64,000 bases of DNA. It comes from an uncultured delta proteobacterium (GTDB lineage: Bacteria; Desulfobacterota; Binatia; UBA9968). Positions 10,987 through 21,054 of this stretch are shown one piece after another (position 1 is the stretch's first letter; each line of letters starts with the position of its first letter). The stretch is taken from NCBI GenBank assembly GCA_963804165.1, contig CAWDPO010000045.1, positions 64,001-128,000 on the forward strand, written 5' to 3'. Made by a program: the position numbers and the translations under genes. The notes beneath the pieces are model-generated. The model was not told the DNA's origin and ran no database searches. It was given only the letters and a program-made list of their open reading frames with translations.

Positions 10987-13397
10987 ACACCGAAGAAGAA
11001 GAAAAGGAATCCTCTAAATCCAAGCAGCGTCTCAATATTCCCGAAGGAGCCTTGGTCATCATACCGATGCGCAATCGGGTGCTGTTCCCCGCCATGATGA
11101 TGCCGCTTTCGGTCCGTAGCCCGGCCAGGCGCCGCGCTGTCGAGGAGGCGGTTCGACAACAAGTGCCGATTGGATTTGTTGTCCAACGCGATCCGAATAT
11201 AGAAGTTCCAGAGCCCAAGGACCTCTACGCGGTCGGCACCGCCGCGGATGTTGTAAGGATGTTTACCCTGCCGGACGGTCAGCGTCAGGTTCTCCTGCAA
11301 GGCCGCCGCCGCTTTGAGATCGGCGAATTCCTCGAGACCGATCCGGTTCTTATCGCGCGCGTCACGATGGTGGAAGAAAAGATACCGCAGACCAAGGACT
11401 TCGAGGCGAGAATCTTACATCTACGTCAAGAAGCAGCCCGGGCCTTGTCGTTATTCTCTGAGCCCATGAACGAACTAAGATCGATGATCGATAGGATTGA
11501 AGATCCCTTATCGGTTATCGATATGATCGCTTCCACCTTGGACCTTCCGACCGCCGAGAAACAAGAAATCCTCGGAATACTCGACCCGGAGGCGCGCGCC
11601 CAAAGGGTTTCAGAAAAGTTGGCGCGGCAGATTGAACTGCTGGAACTGAGCAAGAAAATCGGCACTGAAACCAAGGAATCCATGGACAAGTCGCAGCGCC
11701 AATATTTCCTGCGCGAACAATTGAAGGCAATCCAGAAAGAGCTGGGTGAGGCGGATGGGAAAGGTGTCGAGGTTGAGGAACTAAGAAAAAAACTTTACGA
11801 CGCTAAAATGCCTCCTGAGGTGGAAAAAGAAGCGCTTAAAGAGCTGGCTCGTTTAGAGCGCATTCCCGAGGCGGCGCCGGAACACTCGCTGTTGCGGACT
11901 TATTTCGATTGGTTGGTGGAGTTGCCCTGGAGCATTTTTACCGAGGAAGAGATCGACCTGCCGAAGGCGCGCCAGATTCTTGACGCCGACCATTACGGTC
12001 TGGAAAAAGTGAAAAAGCGGATCATTGAATTTCTCGCTGTTCGTAAACTCATGCCGCATGGAAAGAGCCCGATTCTCTGCTTGGTCGGACCGCCGGGTGT
12101 CGGAAAAACCTCCCTTGGACAAAGCATTGCTCGGTCGATGAATCGTAAGTTCGTACGCCAAAGTCTGGGCGGCGTCCATGATGAAGCCGATATTCGCGGG
12201 CATCGGCGTACCTATGTCGGCGCGCTTCCGGGCAATATCATTCAAGGAATCCGCAAGGCAGGCAGTCGAAATCCTGTCTTCATGCTCGATGAAGTGGACA
12301 AACTCAGCGCGAGTTTTCATGGCGACCCGTCCGCGGCGTTATTGGAGGTCCTCGATCCCGCTCAAAATGCCACCTTTCAAGACCACTACATCGCGCTGCC
12401 CTTCGATCTCAGCCAGGTGCTGTTCATCGCTACGGCGAACGTGCTCGATACCGTTCCCGGCCCGCTGCGCGATCGCATGGAAATCTTGGAATTGCCGGGA
12501 TACATCGAGGAAGATAAATTGGCCATCGCCAAGGGCTACCTCGTTCCTCGGCAGACCGCCGAAAATGGCCTGAAGCCGGAAAACATTAGTTTCACCGACG
12601 AGGCGATTCGAGAAATTATCCGGTCCTACACGCGCGAGGCCGGGGTTCGGCAACTCGAGCGTGAGCTGGGAGCAGTTTGCCGGAGCGTGGCCACGCGTAT
12701 CGCGGAAGGGTTCAATGAAACGATCACAGTCAAGCCGGAATCTATTCCTACCTACTTGGGCCCGCAAAAGTTCTTCAACGAGATCGCTCTGCGCACCAGT
12801 TTGCCCGGTGTAGCCACCGGCTTGGCCTGGACGCCGTTCGGCGGGGACATTTTGTTTGTCGAAGCGACAAAGATGGCGGGAGATGGAAGGTTACTATTAA
12901 CCGGCCAGCTCGGCGATGTCATGAAAGAAAGCGCGCAGGCCGCTTTGAGCCTGGTCAAATCTCGCGCGGAATCGTTGGGAATCGATTCCGATATCTTCAA
13001 GAAAATCGATTTACACATTCATCTCCCGGCGGGCGCGATCCCGAAAGACGGTCCGAGCGCTGGAATCACGCTCTTTGTCGCGCTCGTTTCACTGCTGACC
13101 GGGCGACGAATCAGCAAAGATGTCGCCATGACCGGTGAGATCAGTTTGCGTGGTTTGGTGCTCCCGGTAGGAGGAATCAAAGAGAAAATGCTCGCGGCAA
13201 AGAGAGCCGGGATTTCCACGGTTCTGCTGCCTGAGTTAAACCGGAGAGACCTTGAAGAAATACCCCCGGCAGGCCGCGACGGGATCCGCTTCGAATTTTT
13301 AAAAACCGCGGACGAAGCTTTGCGGCTTGCGCTCAAGGCCGACGCCCCGAGCGGTTATTCTCCTGGTGAAAGACTGGCGGCTCAATTTCTTTCATAA
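10983..13397 (+). CDS. lon: ATP-dependent protease La
   Basis: LON N-domain, GPPGVGKT, HRRTYVGALPG, PKDGPSAG (catalytic Ser), VGGIKEK. Confidence 0.96.
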   Translation: MNTEEEEKESSKSKQRLNIPEGALVIIPMRNRVLFPAMMMPLSVRSPARRRAVEEAVRQQVPIGFVVQRDPNIEVPEPKDLYAVGTAADVVRMFTLPDGQRQVLLQGRRRFEIGEFLETDPVLIARVTMVEEKIPQTKDFEARILHLRQEAARALSLFSEPMNELRSMIDRIEDPLSVIDMIASTLDLPTAEKQEILGILDPEARAQRVSEKLARQIELLELSKKIGTETKESMDKSQRQYFLREQLKAIQKELGEADGKGVEVEELRKKLYDAKMPPEVEKEALKELARLERIPEAAPEHSLLRTYFDWLVELPWSIFTEEEIDLPKARQILDADHYGLEKVKKRIIEFLAVRKLMPHGKSPILCLVGPPGVGKTSLGQSIARSMNRKFVRQSLGGVHDEADIRGHRRTYVGALPGNIIQGIRKAGSRNPVFMLDEVDKLSASFHGDPSAALLEVLDPAQNATFQDHYIALPFDLSQVLFIATANVLDTVPGPLRDRMEILELPGYIEEDKLAIAKGYLVPRQTAENGLKPENISFTDEAIREIIRSYTREAGVRQLERELGAVCRSVATRIAEGFNETITVKPESIPTYLGPQKFFNEIALRTSLPGVATGLAWTPFGGDILFVEATKMAGDGRLLLTGQLGDVMKESAQAALSLVKSRAESLGIDSDIFKKIDLHIHLPAGAIPKDGPSAGITLFVALVSLLTGRRISKDVAMTGEISLRGLVLPVGGIKEKMLAAKRAGISTVLLPELNRRDLEEIPPAGRDGIRFEFLKTADEALRLALKADAPSGYSPGERLAAQFLS

Positions 13398-13429
13398 AAT
13401 AGATTGGCTCGCATAACCGACAACGGAGC

Positions 13430-13668
13430 CGCCAGTTTATAGGAACTTGTGGTGCGATCGAGCGTAAGTGTGACAACACATCAATTCCCTGGAGGCGAGG
13501 CGGGTGAAGATCGGAAAGCACGAGATCAAATCGAAACTTGTCTAGCAAGTCCAGAGCCTCATCGCCGTCTCTTGCCTCTTTGACCTGGTAACCCGCTGCG
13601 CACAAAAACAGCCTGACACTTTGTCGAATGAGAGGGTCAGCTTCGATAACTAGAAATTTTTTTGTCAC
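13430..13668 (-). pseudogene. Truncated response regulator receiver domain
   Basis: FLVIEAD...DLVLSD...PQVPI, then similarity is lost where it meets the 3' region of lon. Confidence 0.55.
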
Positions 13669-13875
13669 GATGAGAGCCGAAGACGGCTGTGCAGCAGCCC
13701 CTACTTTTGGCCGCCACTTATCGAAGCACCGCTCCGCCCCGTTTAAGACTGCCTGTCGAAAGGCGAACCGGAATTGTCTAGCAACATAGCCGAGTCGTTG
13801 GTTAAGTGGAGCGCCTGATGAGGTTTCTGAGATCGCGTTGATCGTTTCGTTAGCTGCTCAATATTCTATTTTGAT

Positions 13876-14310
13876 TTAGACCGCCCTGCGCTGCTCGGCC
13901 GTCGTCTCATGAGCAGATTGCTTGTGTGACGATATCCGGTCGCCGTCGTGCCAGCGCCGGAGCCCTTGGCGGATATACTGCGGGCATAGCTCGAGCACAT
14001 TGCAAATGGAGACAAACGAGAAGGGCCAATGAGGATCATCGCTGAACAACCAATGCTCGGCTTCCCGACCTAAATGTTTGGCGCGCCGGGTAGCGCGGCT
14101 AAACTGCTTCTGAAAGCAATCCACGGCATCTTCAAGCACGGCGCACATCAACGCCGCTTCTGCATAGCTAACGGCGCGGCTGGGTCGAGCATTGAACGCC
14201 TCGTCTGCGAGCATGTCCTTCCCGGGCCCGCGTTCGGATACGGGCTTTCGGTCAGCGGCCACGGCCTGCGGTAATTTGCTTTGCCGAGATTGGATGTGCG
14301 TAGCATGCAT
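13876..14310 (-). CDS. Conserved hypothetical protein
   Basis: LMCAVLEDAVDCF..EAEHWL.SDD..WPFSFVSIC..L motif; GAGGAGG RBS. Confidence 0.7.
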   Translation of the reverse strand: MHATHIQSRQSKLPQAVAADRKPVSERGPGKDMLADEAFNARPSRAVSYAEAALMCAVLEDAVDCFQKQFSRATRRAKHLGREAEHWLFSDDPHWPFSFVSICNVLELCPQYIRQGLRRWHDGDRISSHKQSAHETTAEQRRAV

Positions 14311-14468
14311 ATTGCCCCTCCCTCCTCTAAGAAATGCCAAAAAAGTGCAGCGCGACCCCTACTATGACGGGACCAAGTTGCGCGTTGCTTGGAGCCAGCT
14401 CAAGCCCAGCGCCAAAACTGAGCGAAAAAATTCTAATAAAGTTTACGAGATTCCTGTTGGCTGTAAAT

Positions 14469-14669
14469 TCAGGTCTCGTTCTGCCTCTCCAGCGGCAAAT
14501 GCGCTTCCCCACATCGTCGTTGCCGATCACGCGCGTCTCGGTGTGAGAGCCCTTGCCTCAACGAGATGATTTCATCTCGAGTTTCCCCTAGTACTGGATT
14601 GCTTTCACGGTCGCTTCTGCCTCGGTGTGGGGGTCGTCGACCCTCAGCACGGCGGTTGTCGGTAGCCAT
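14469..14669 (-). CDS. Possible small protein or decayed gene
   Basis: GGAGG RBS and Crp box 4 directly upstream; product not recognisable. Confidence 0.3.
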   Translation of the reverse strand: MATDNRRAEGRRPPHRGRSDRESNPVLGETRDEIISLRQGLSHRDARDRQRRCGEAHLPLERQNET

Positions 14670-14722
14670 GGGACACCTCCGTCTCTTTCGGAGTTACCCT
14701 AAGCCGACGCGATAAGGGTTTC

Positions 14723-14738
14723 TGTCTAATATTGGACG
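14723..14738 (-). promoter_or_regulatory. Crp-type box 4 (TGTCTAATATTGGACG)
   Basis: TAGGGT 21 nt downstream. Confidence 0.75.
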
Positions 14739-14922
14739 AAAAGGAAGAGGAAATAATGAGAGCCCCAAGAAATGGGCGGGGCTTATCACCAGCGCCGGAG
14801 CGGCGACTCAAAGTTCGGACTAGATTACTCTTTCGCGGTGAAAACGCAGTGATTTGACGCGTAAATACCAAATTTGCTGTCTTCGAAATTTGCGCTTAGA
14901 CGTCGTTTAAACGGCCGTCGTC

Positions 14923-15411
14923 CTAAGCGAGCGAGAAAGCAAACGGATCGCTTCGCATCAGCATCTCTCTGATTTCATCCCGATGTTTTTTCTGCTCTCG
15001 GGAAATCTGCTGCAGAAATTTGGCGATGTCGGGGTCTTCGGATTCCATACTCCGGAGTTGCTCCGGTAGGCGATCCGCCGAGCGATACTCTTCGTCGAGA
15101 GCCATGGACAAAGATTGCCAACTGTTTTCGTCCGTTGAGGGACGCTCCGCCACTTCCGGCGGCTTGCCCCCGAGCGCGACGATTTTTTCGCCGATCCGCT
15201 CGGCATGTTGACTTTTTTCCTTCGCCATCCGCAGGAATTTCTCGCGATACTGCCGATAGTGCATCGTCTCGGCATGCTGTTTAAACCGCTCGATCCGCTG
15301 CATCTCTTCGACATAGCGCCGGCATAAAAGGTCGACGGCGTCGGGAGCTTTGTCGGGAGCAAGATCGAGCAAACGGCGCCACCATTCCGACCAGGTTTTG
15401 CTAAAGGGCAT
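14923..15411 (-). CDS. Ferritin-like domain protein
   Basis: EE..., EKSQHAERI..KIVALGG, DEE, EQKKH four-helix pattern. Confidence 0.7.
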   Translation of the reverse strand: MPFSKTWSEWWRRLLDLAPDKAPDAVDLLCRRYVEEMQRIERFKQHAETMHYRQYREKFLRMAKEKSQHAERIGEKIVALGGKPPEVAERPSTDENSWQSLSMALDEEYRSADRLPEQLRSMESEDPDIAKFLQQISREQKKHRDEIREMLMRSDPFAFSLA

Positions 15412-15721
15412 ATTGATTATTCCTTTTTTGAAAAGCCGCTCATACTCTCGAGCAATCAATCGATGCTAAGCGAGAGTTTCGACTCGCAGGCTTTTTCTTT
15501 TGTGTTTCGGTTCGATCATTCTTCACCGACTTACATAATCGCGGCCCGGCAGGAATTGCTGTCCAGAGAGGCCGAGTTGAAGCGTGGTGAAGGCGAGTTC
15601 GGGAATCTTTCTTCACCGCAGAGAGCTAGCGCGACAGGGCGGCAATCAAAGAAGAAAGGATGGTTTCCACCACAAAGAGCTTAAGCGGCATAGAAATGTC
15701 ACCGATTCACGATCAAGCAAA

Positions 15722-17143
15722 TTACTCACTACCACTTTGTCCCCGGGATTGCGCTTCCTCTGGATTGGTATCAGGAATCGAGGCTTCTTCTCGAAAGCCG
15801 TATTTAATCAATTTATAACGCAGCGCCCGCTCGCTCATTCCCAGCAACTCTGCGGCGCGGGTTTGGACGCCATCGGATCGGGCCAGGGCGTCCCTGATCA
15901 TGCGCCGCTCCAGCGCTTCCACCGCGACCGTGAGATTAGTTTCCGTGTCGCGGTCCGATATTTCTGGCTCCTGAACCGTCAATGGTAGATCACCGCTGCC
16001 GATCACATCATCCCTGGTGAGAACCACTGCGCGCTCGATAATATTTTCCAGCTCGCGGACATTTCCCGGATAGTCGTAGCGTAACAGAATATCCCGGGCT
16101 TCATGGGTAAGACCGCGGATCGTCTTGCCGTTTTTATCAGCGAAATGGCGCAGGAAGTGGTCCATCAGCAGTGCAACATCGGAGCGCCTTTCCCGCAGCG
16201 GTGGAATTAGGATCGTGACTACATTGAGCCGAAAGTAGAGATCTTCCCGCAGCTGTCCCGCTTTGATGAGATCCTCGAGCGGCCGATGGCTGGCCGCCAT
16301 GATCCTGACGTTGACCTTGACCGGACGACTGGAGCCCACCTTCTCGTATTCGCGCTCTTGAAGCACGCGCAGCAGCTTCGCTTGCAGATGCAAGGGAAGG
16401 TCGCCGATTTCGTCGAGAAAGATCGTCCCACCATTGGCTAATTCAAAGCGCCCCTGGCGCGAACCTATCGCGCCCGTAAAAGCGCCTTTTTCATGGCCGA
16501 ATAATTCCGATTCGAGCAGCGCTTCCGGAAGTGCCGCGCAGTTTACCTTGACGAGAGGACCCGAGGCTCTTGGGCTGGCAAAGTGGATGGCCCTGGCAAT
16601 CAGCTCTTTTCCCGTGCCGCTCTCGCCACGGATCAAGACCGTCGCTTCGCTCGGCGCCACCCGACGCACCAAAGAAAGGACTTCAAGCATCTGGCCGCTC
16701 TCGCCGATGATTCCTTCGATGCGATGGCGTTCCCGTAAGGCTTCCCGCAGCTCGCGGTTCTCGTTGATAATTCGATAGCGGTCGCTGACCTGTCGAATGC
16801 GGTAAAGCAGCTCATCCAAATTCAGCGGCTTGGTCAGGTAGTCGGTCGCTCCTCCCCGGATAGCGGAAACGGCCGCTTCGATGCTGCCGAAGGCGGTCAT
16901 CAAAATGACCGGGATTTCAGGGTTGATGGCGCGAACGGCCTGCAACAGATCCAAACCCGACATGTGGGGCATCTTTTGATCCGTGAGAATCAGATCGATG
17001 GAGTCCTGCCGAAAAAGCTCCAAGGCCCTTGCGCCGGTTTCGGCTGCGACGACGTCAAAGGCCTGCTTTTTGAGGAAACCCGAGACCATCTCGCGCTGGA
17101 CCGGTTCGTCGTCGACTACGAGAATACGGAAACGATTGGGCAT
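15722..17143 (-). CDS. Sigma54-dependent response regulator (NtrC/ZraR/AtoC family)
   Basis: REC (VVDD, TDQKMP), GESGTGKE, ESELFGHEKGAFTGA, Fis-type HTH. Confidence 0.95.
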   Translation of the reverse strand: MPNRFRILVVDDEPVQREMVSGFLKKQAFDVVAAETGARALELFRQDSIDLILTDQKMPHMSGLDLLQAVRAINPEIPVILMTAFGSIEAAVSAIRGGATDYLTKPLNLDELLYRIRQVSDRYRIINENRELREALRERHRIEGIIGESGQMLEVLSLVRRVAPSEATVLIRGESGTGKELIARAIHFASPRASGPLVKVNCAALPEALLESELFGHEKGAFTGAIGSRQGRFELANGGTIFLDEIGDLPLHLQAKLLRVLQEREYEKVGSSRPVKVNVRIMAASHRPLEDLIKAGQLREDLYFRLNVVTILIPPLRERRSDVALLMDHFLRHFADKNGKTIRGLTHEARDILLRYDYPGNVRELENIIERAVVLTRDDVIGSGDLPLTVQEPEISDRDTETNLTVAVEALERRMIRDALARSDGVQTRAAELLGMSERALRYKLIKYGFREEASIPDTNPEEAQSRGQSGSE

Positions 17144-18894
17144 TTACACCTCCACACCGTAATGGGAAGGGAAATTTGGAAGCGGGCCCCGTGGCCAGCT
17201 TCGCTGGAAACACTGATCGTTCCGCCGTGGGCCTCTATAATCCTGCGGGAGATCGCCAGACCCAGCCCGGTACCCTTCGCCTTAGTCGTGAAGTAAGGCT
17301 CGAAGATACGCGGGTAGTTTTCCGGCGCAATCCCGGTTCCAGTGTCGGTGACGCTGATCAAACAATTGTCCTTTGACGTTTTCGCCTCCAGCGTCAAGGT
17401 TCCACCTTCGGGCATCGCTTGCAGACCGTTAAGAATAAGATTCAAGAGCGTTTGTCTGAAATATTCACGGTCCGCCTTGAGCGGCGGCAGAGTCAGCGGA
17501 GTAACAACTCGGATGTGCACCTTCGATTGCTGAGCTTCGCCTTCCACCAATATGGCTAATTCATTAAGGACATCCTGCACTGACAACTCCTCACGTTTGA
17601 TTTCGAGAGGGCGCGCCAGCGAGAGGAATTGCTCCACTATCGAGTTGAGGCGGTGCACTTCGCCGAGCATGAGTCCAGTAAGGCGAGAGTAGTCCTCCGG
17701 ATCATCGGTTGGGTAAAATTCCACCTTGAGACGTTGCAGTCCCATCGAAATGGCGTTGAGCGGATTTCTGACCTCGTGCGCGACCGCCGCAGCCAGGTTT
17801 CCTAGTGCTGAAAGGCGCTCTCTCTGTAACACTTCAGCCTCCAGGGCTTTGACCTCGAGCATATGAGTATGCTGGTTATGAAAAATCGCCGCCATGCCCA
17901 AAATCCCCGCGCCTAGGATCGCCAAGCCGAGAATAAGGATGGCGCGCACGCTATTGCGCCAGGCGATCACCATCGTTCCCAGTGACAGACCGATCTTGAG
18001 GAAACCCAAATTGGCTTCATCCAGTGCCACAGGTTGCACCACCTCAAGGTACCGTTTTCCGCCATCGCTCTCGACGATTTGGCTGAAAAGCTGACGGTCG
18101 ACTTTGGCTTTCAATACCAGCGGCTCTTTTTCCTGCTGCCCGATCCGGCGCCGGTCAGTATGCGCTATAACATTCAGGTCGCTATCGAGAAAAGCGACGA
18201 ACTCACTGTCCGATTGGCGGCCAAGATCCTCGATCTGGCGTTGCACTCCGATCGCTTTCTCGAAGTTGAAAATATAATCCGCGTTGGCATGGATCGCGAT
18301 GATGCCTGGAAAACTACTCGCGCCCACGGCGACGCCGAAGGCGCTGCCTTTCCAGAATTCTTTATCCTTGAAGCCCGGCGGCGGTTGCCCCGTCTTTTCC
18401 TCGGCTTTTTCCGTGGGCAGCCGCCAGCGCTTTCCCCACGCGTAGCTTATCGTTGGGCGCTGCGGCTGAAAGGTTTCTTCTCGCGCTTTTTGCCGTGCTA
18501 TCATCGCCGGCAGCGCGGCAAGTTTCCAGGGCCGGCCCTGCTCATCGAGGAGATCGATTTTTTGCAGGCGGTTCATCGCACTGATCTCTTTAAGCAGTGC
18601 CTCGTCGACATGACGGGAGAGCAGCAGTTGATCGATCAGCCGGGCATTATCCACCAAACGCTGCCGGATCAGATCCTCCAACAGGGCGTTGCCGACAATG
18701 GCATTTTTAACACTGGTCTCCATGGCCTTTGCCAATGCCGTCCCCTTGTCCTCAGTCTGGCGCAAGAGTTCTTGCTGAAGCCGCCGGGCTTCAAAAAAAA
18801 CATAGAGGGATGCCAAGATGAGAAGTAGCAGACCCGATGCGAGAAAGTGGCGTGGTAGAAAAACCCTTCGCATGGATGAAATGATTATAGTCAC
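17116..18894 (-). CDS. Membrane sensor histidine kinase
   Basis: Two TM segments around a periplasmic domain; AHEVRNPL H-box; N, G1, F, G2 boxes; overlaps the regulator; start may be 18873. Confidence 0.93.
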   Translation of the reverse strand: MTIIISSMRRVFLPRHFLASGLLLLILASLYVFFEARRLQQELLRQTEDKGTALAKAMETSVKNAIVGNALLEDLIRQRLVDNARLIDQLLLSRHVDEALLKEISAMNRLQKIDLLDEQGRPWKLAALPAMIARQKAREETFQPQRPTISYAWGKRWRLPTEKAEEKTGQPPPGFKDKEFWKGSAFGVAVGASSFPGIIAIHANADYIFNFEKAIGVQRQIEDLGRQSDSEFVAFLDSDLNVIAHTDRRRIGQQEKEPLVLKAKVDRQLFSQIVESDGGKRYLEVVQPVALDEANLGFLKIGLSLGTMVIAWRNSVRAILILGLAILGAGILGMAAIFHNQHTHMLEVKALEAEVLQRERLSALGNLAAAVAHEVRNPLNAISMGLQRLKVEFYPTDDPEDYSRLTGLMLGEVHRLNSIVEQFLSLARPLEIKREELSVQDVLNELAILVEGEAQQSKVHIRVVTPLTLPPLKADREYFRQTLLNLILNGLQAMPEGGTLTLEAKTSKDNCLISVTDTGTGIAPENYPRIFEPYFTTKAKGTGLGLAISRRIIEAHGGTISVSSEAGHGARFQISLPITVWRCKCPIVSVFS

Positions 18895-18914
18895 GATTGC
18901 TTGCTAATATGCAA

Positions 18915-18946
18915 CGACCCCCAGGGCCGGTTGGTCCCAGGGGTCG
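18915..18946. terminator. GC-rich stem-loop between ompA-like gene and kinase
   Basis: CGACCCC...GGGGTCG inverted repeat; no strong U-tract, so possibly a partial terminator or mRNA stabiliser. Confidence 0.35.
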
Positions 18947-19006
18947 TTCGTTACTTTACTTCTCTGGCTTTAAGATTTGCTCTGCCAGAATGATCGATCT
19001 TGCCCG

Positions 19007-19909
19007 TTATCGGCTCGCTGTGTCCGTGCGGAATCCCACGTCGACGCGGCGGTCGCGCTGCCAGCAAGCGTCAGTCGATTCGTTGCACAGCGGTTTTTTC
19101 TCACCGAAGGCGCTGGTCTGGATCTTATCGCCCGCAACGCCGGCCTTAACCAGCGCGTCACGAATGGCGTTCACACGACGTTCGCTCAGACCCTGGTTGT
19201 GTTGGTCGGTGCCGCGCGCATCCGCGTAGCCGCCGATACCCACATTCATAGGCGCATTCTGCTTGACGTGCGCCGCGATGTCGGTGATCTTGCTCATTTC
19301 ATTCGAGCGGATGTCCGACTTATCGGTGTCGAACAGGATATCCTTGAACGCCGCCGTATTGTTTCCCGTACCGAACGAGAACATACGATTCTCCGAAACA
19401 GCCATGGCTTGAGGGCCTATCGGTCCGGCTGGACCTTGCGCGCCCGTGGCGCCGGCTGGGCCGCGTTCACCTGCTAGGTTAAACGGGCCGGCGAACTCGG
19501 TCACGTAACCGAACTGATCGACGCGAAGGTTGCGCGTCTCAGACGCCGAGTTTTTCGCGTCGATGGAATACTCCACCGAATAGAAGGATTGATGCCTTCC
19601 GGTGGCCGGGCTGTCGATCTTGTAGCATACGGTGCTATACCCGCCGCCGTAGCCAAGCGGCCGCACTACTTTGAAGCCGGCCAGGTTCTTATCCGCATAC
19701 TGTTGCGCCAAATCCCGCGCTTGATCCTCGCTTATCTTCTCCTTGGTAACCCGGAGCTGGGGACAATTCGAACTGGCGACCAATTCATGGCTCATGCCGC
19801 CCATCCAACCCTTTGCGTCACCTTCCCTTTGAGCCGTGGCCACACCGGACAGCGCCAAGATGCCCGCTGCCGTGACCATCGGCGCTAAAACAAATCTTAA
19901 TCTCTTCAT
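19007..19909 (-). CDS. Secreted OmpA-family peptidoglycan-binding protein with collagen-like linker
   Basis: Signal peptide; GERGPAGATGAQGPAGPIGPQ; ILFDTDKS..GYADARG..N..LSERR..DRRVD. Confidence 0.85.
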   Translation of the reverse strand: MKRLRFVLAPMVTAAGILALSGVATAQREGDAKGWMGGMSHELVASSNCPQLRVTKEKISEDQARDLAQQYADKNLAGFKVVRPLGYGGGYSTVCYKIDSPATGRHQSFYSVEYSIDAKNSASETRNLRVDQFGYVTEFAGPFNLAGERGPAGATGAQGPAGPIGPQAMAVSENRMFSFGTGNNTAAFKDILFDTDKSDIRSNEMSKITDIAAHVKQNAPMNVGIGGYADARGTDQHNQGLSERRVNAIRDALVKAGVAGDKIQTSAFGEKKPLCNESTDACWQRDRRVDVGFRTDTASR

Positions 19910-19952
19910 AACTTTTTTCCTCCACTAAAATTTTTGCTAAACGATCTCCAGC

Positions 19953-20075
19953 GCAACTGTTGTGCCGCGCCTTGGCACCAGACAAAGGTGACTTTCTCTA
20001 AACATTCCGAGACAAACTGCGGAGAATCGAAGAGCAGCGACGGCGCAAGCGTCGAAAACTTCGACCAAACGGTCG
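19953..20075 (-). promoter_or_regulatory. Sigma54 promoter A plus enhancer
   Basis: Minus strand CGGCACAACAGTTGC (19967-19953); enhancer GTCGAAAACTTCGACCAAACGGTCG at 20051-20075. Confidence 0.8.
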
Positions 20076-20126
20076 TTCCGTCGATTTACGAACTCGACGT
20101 TCTTTCCTGGCTTAATCATCGGCTGT

Positions 20127-20342
20127 TCAAGCCGGCTGATCTTCAAGCCGAAAGCCGAGCTTGACAGTAACCTGAAATTCCTTGACTTTGTCCTTATCAA
20201 CCAGCCCGCGCATTTCAGTCACCTCGAACCAGTCGACATGGCGTAGTGACTGACAAGCCTTCGCCACGGCGTTTTGGGTGGCTTCGCCAAAGCTGGTCTC
20301 AGAGATGCCGACGATTTCAATTTTCTTGTAAGTCCGTTCCAT
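20127..20342 (-). CDS. Dodecin (flavin-binding)
   Basis: TYKKIEIVGIS..A..NAV..WFEVTEMRG..FQVTVKLGFRLE. Confidence 0.92.
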   Translation of the reverse strand: MERTYKKIEIVGISETSFGEATQNAVAKACQSLRHVDWFEVTEMRGLVDKDKVKEFQVTVKLGFRLEDQPA

Positions 20343-20372
20343 GTGGCTTTCCTCCTCAGGCTTGTTTTTTTA

Positions 20373-20963
20373 TCATCGCGCTGCTACGCGCTTCTCTTCG
20401 ATGATAACTTGCCTCGGCTCCTTTACCTCAAGCAGTTCATCGAAGAGGGCGCGGTAATGCACAACCGCCTTGCGCAGCTCTTCGGTGTCCGCCGAGCCCC
20501 GCTGATCGGCCACAGCGATGGCCTGCGCCGCTCGGTAATTGGCCACAACGTCCGGGTGATCGACTGAAATGTCGCCCGCACGGCGCTCAAAATCACCCAT
20601 GGGGTAACCTCGCTTTTCCATCAATTCCCGAACCAACTGTTCGGCTTGGACGACCACTCCCTTGGGGTTGTCGACGAATCGGCTCTGTAATGCTTGCCAG
20701 GCCTCAGTGAATCTGGCGGCTTCCGGCGGCGCCAGAGGGAGAATCTCCAGCCGCTCGACGCGCTTTTCGCGCGCCTTGAGCTCCGATTCGCCCTTGGTTC
20801 GACCGCCTAATTCATTCACGGTTCGGCCGTATTCCGGGCCGAAGCGTTCTTGGAGCTTATGGGATTGCTTTTTTTGGTAGAAGAACGCGGCCCCAAGTGC
20901 AACCAACCCTAGGACCACAACGGCCGCAATTATAATCCACGTTTGTGTGTCTAACGTTTCCAT
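20373..20963 (-). CDS. Conserved membrane-anchored hypothetical protein
   Basis: N-terminal TM; RFGPEY, FVDNP, RGYP, TEELRKAVVHYRALF. Confidence 0.8.
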   Translation of the reverse strand: METLDTQTWIIIAAVVVLGLVALGAAFFYQKKQSHKLQERFGPEYGRTVNELGGRTKGESELKAREKRVERLEILPLAPPEAARFTEAWQALQSRFVDNPKGVVVQAEQLVRELMEKRGYPMGDFERRAGDISVDHPDVVANYRAAQAIAVADQRGSADTEELRKAVVHYRALFDELLEVKEPRQVIIEEKRVAAR

Positions 20964-21054
20964 CTGTACCTCCGTTTTTGATTTGATCGCTCGCTATCTT
21001 TGAATTAGTTGTCTCTATCTTGCTTCTTTTAATTCATGGTAATCATCAAACCCT

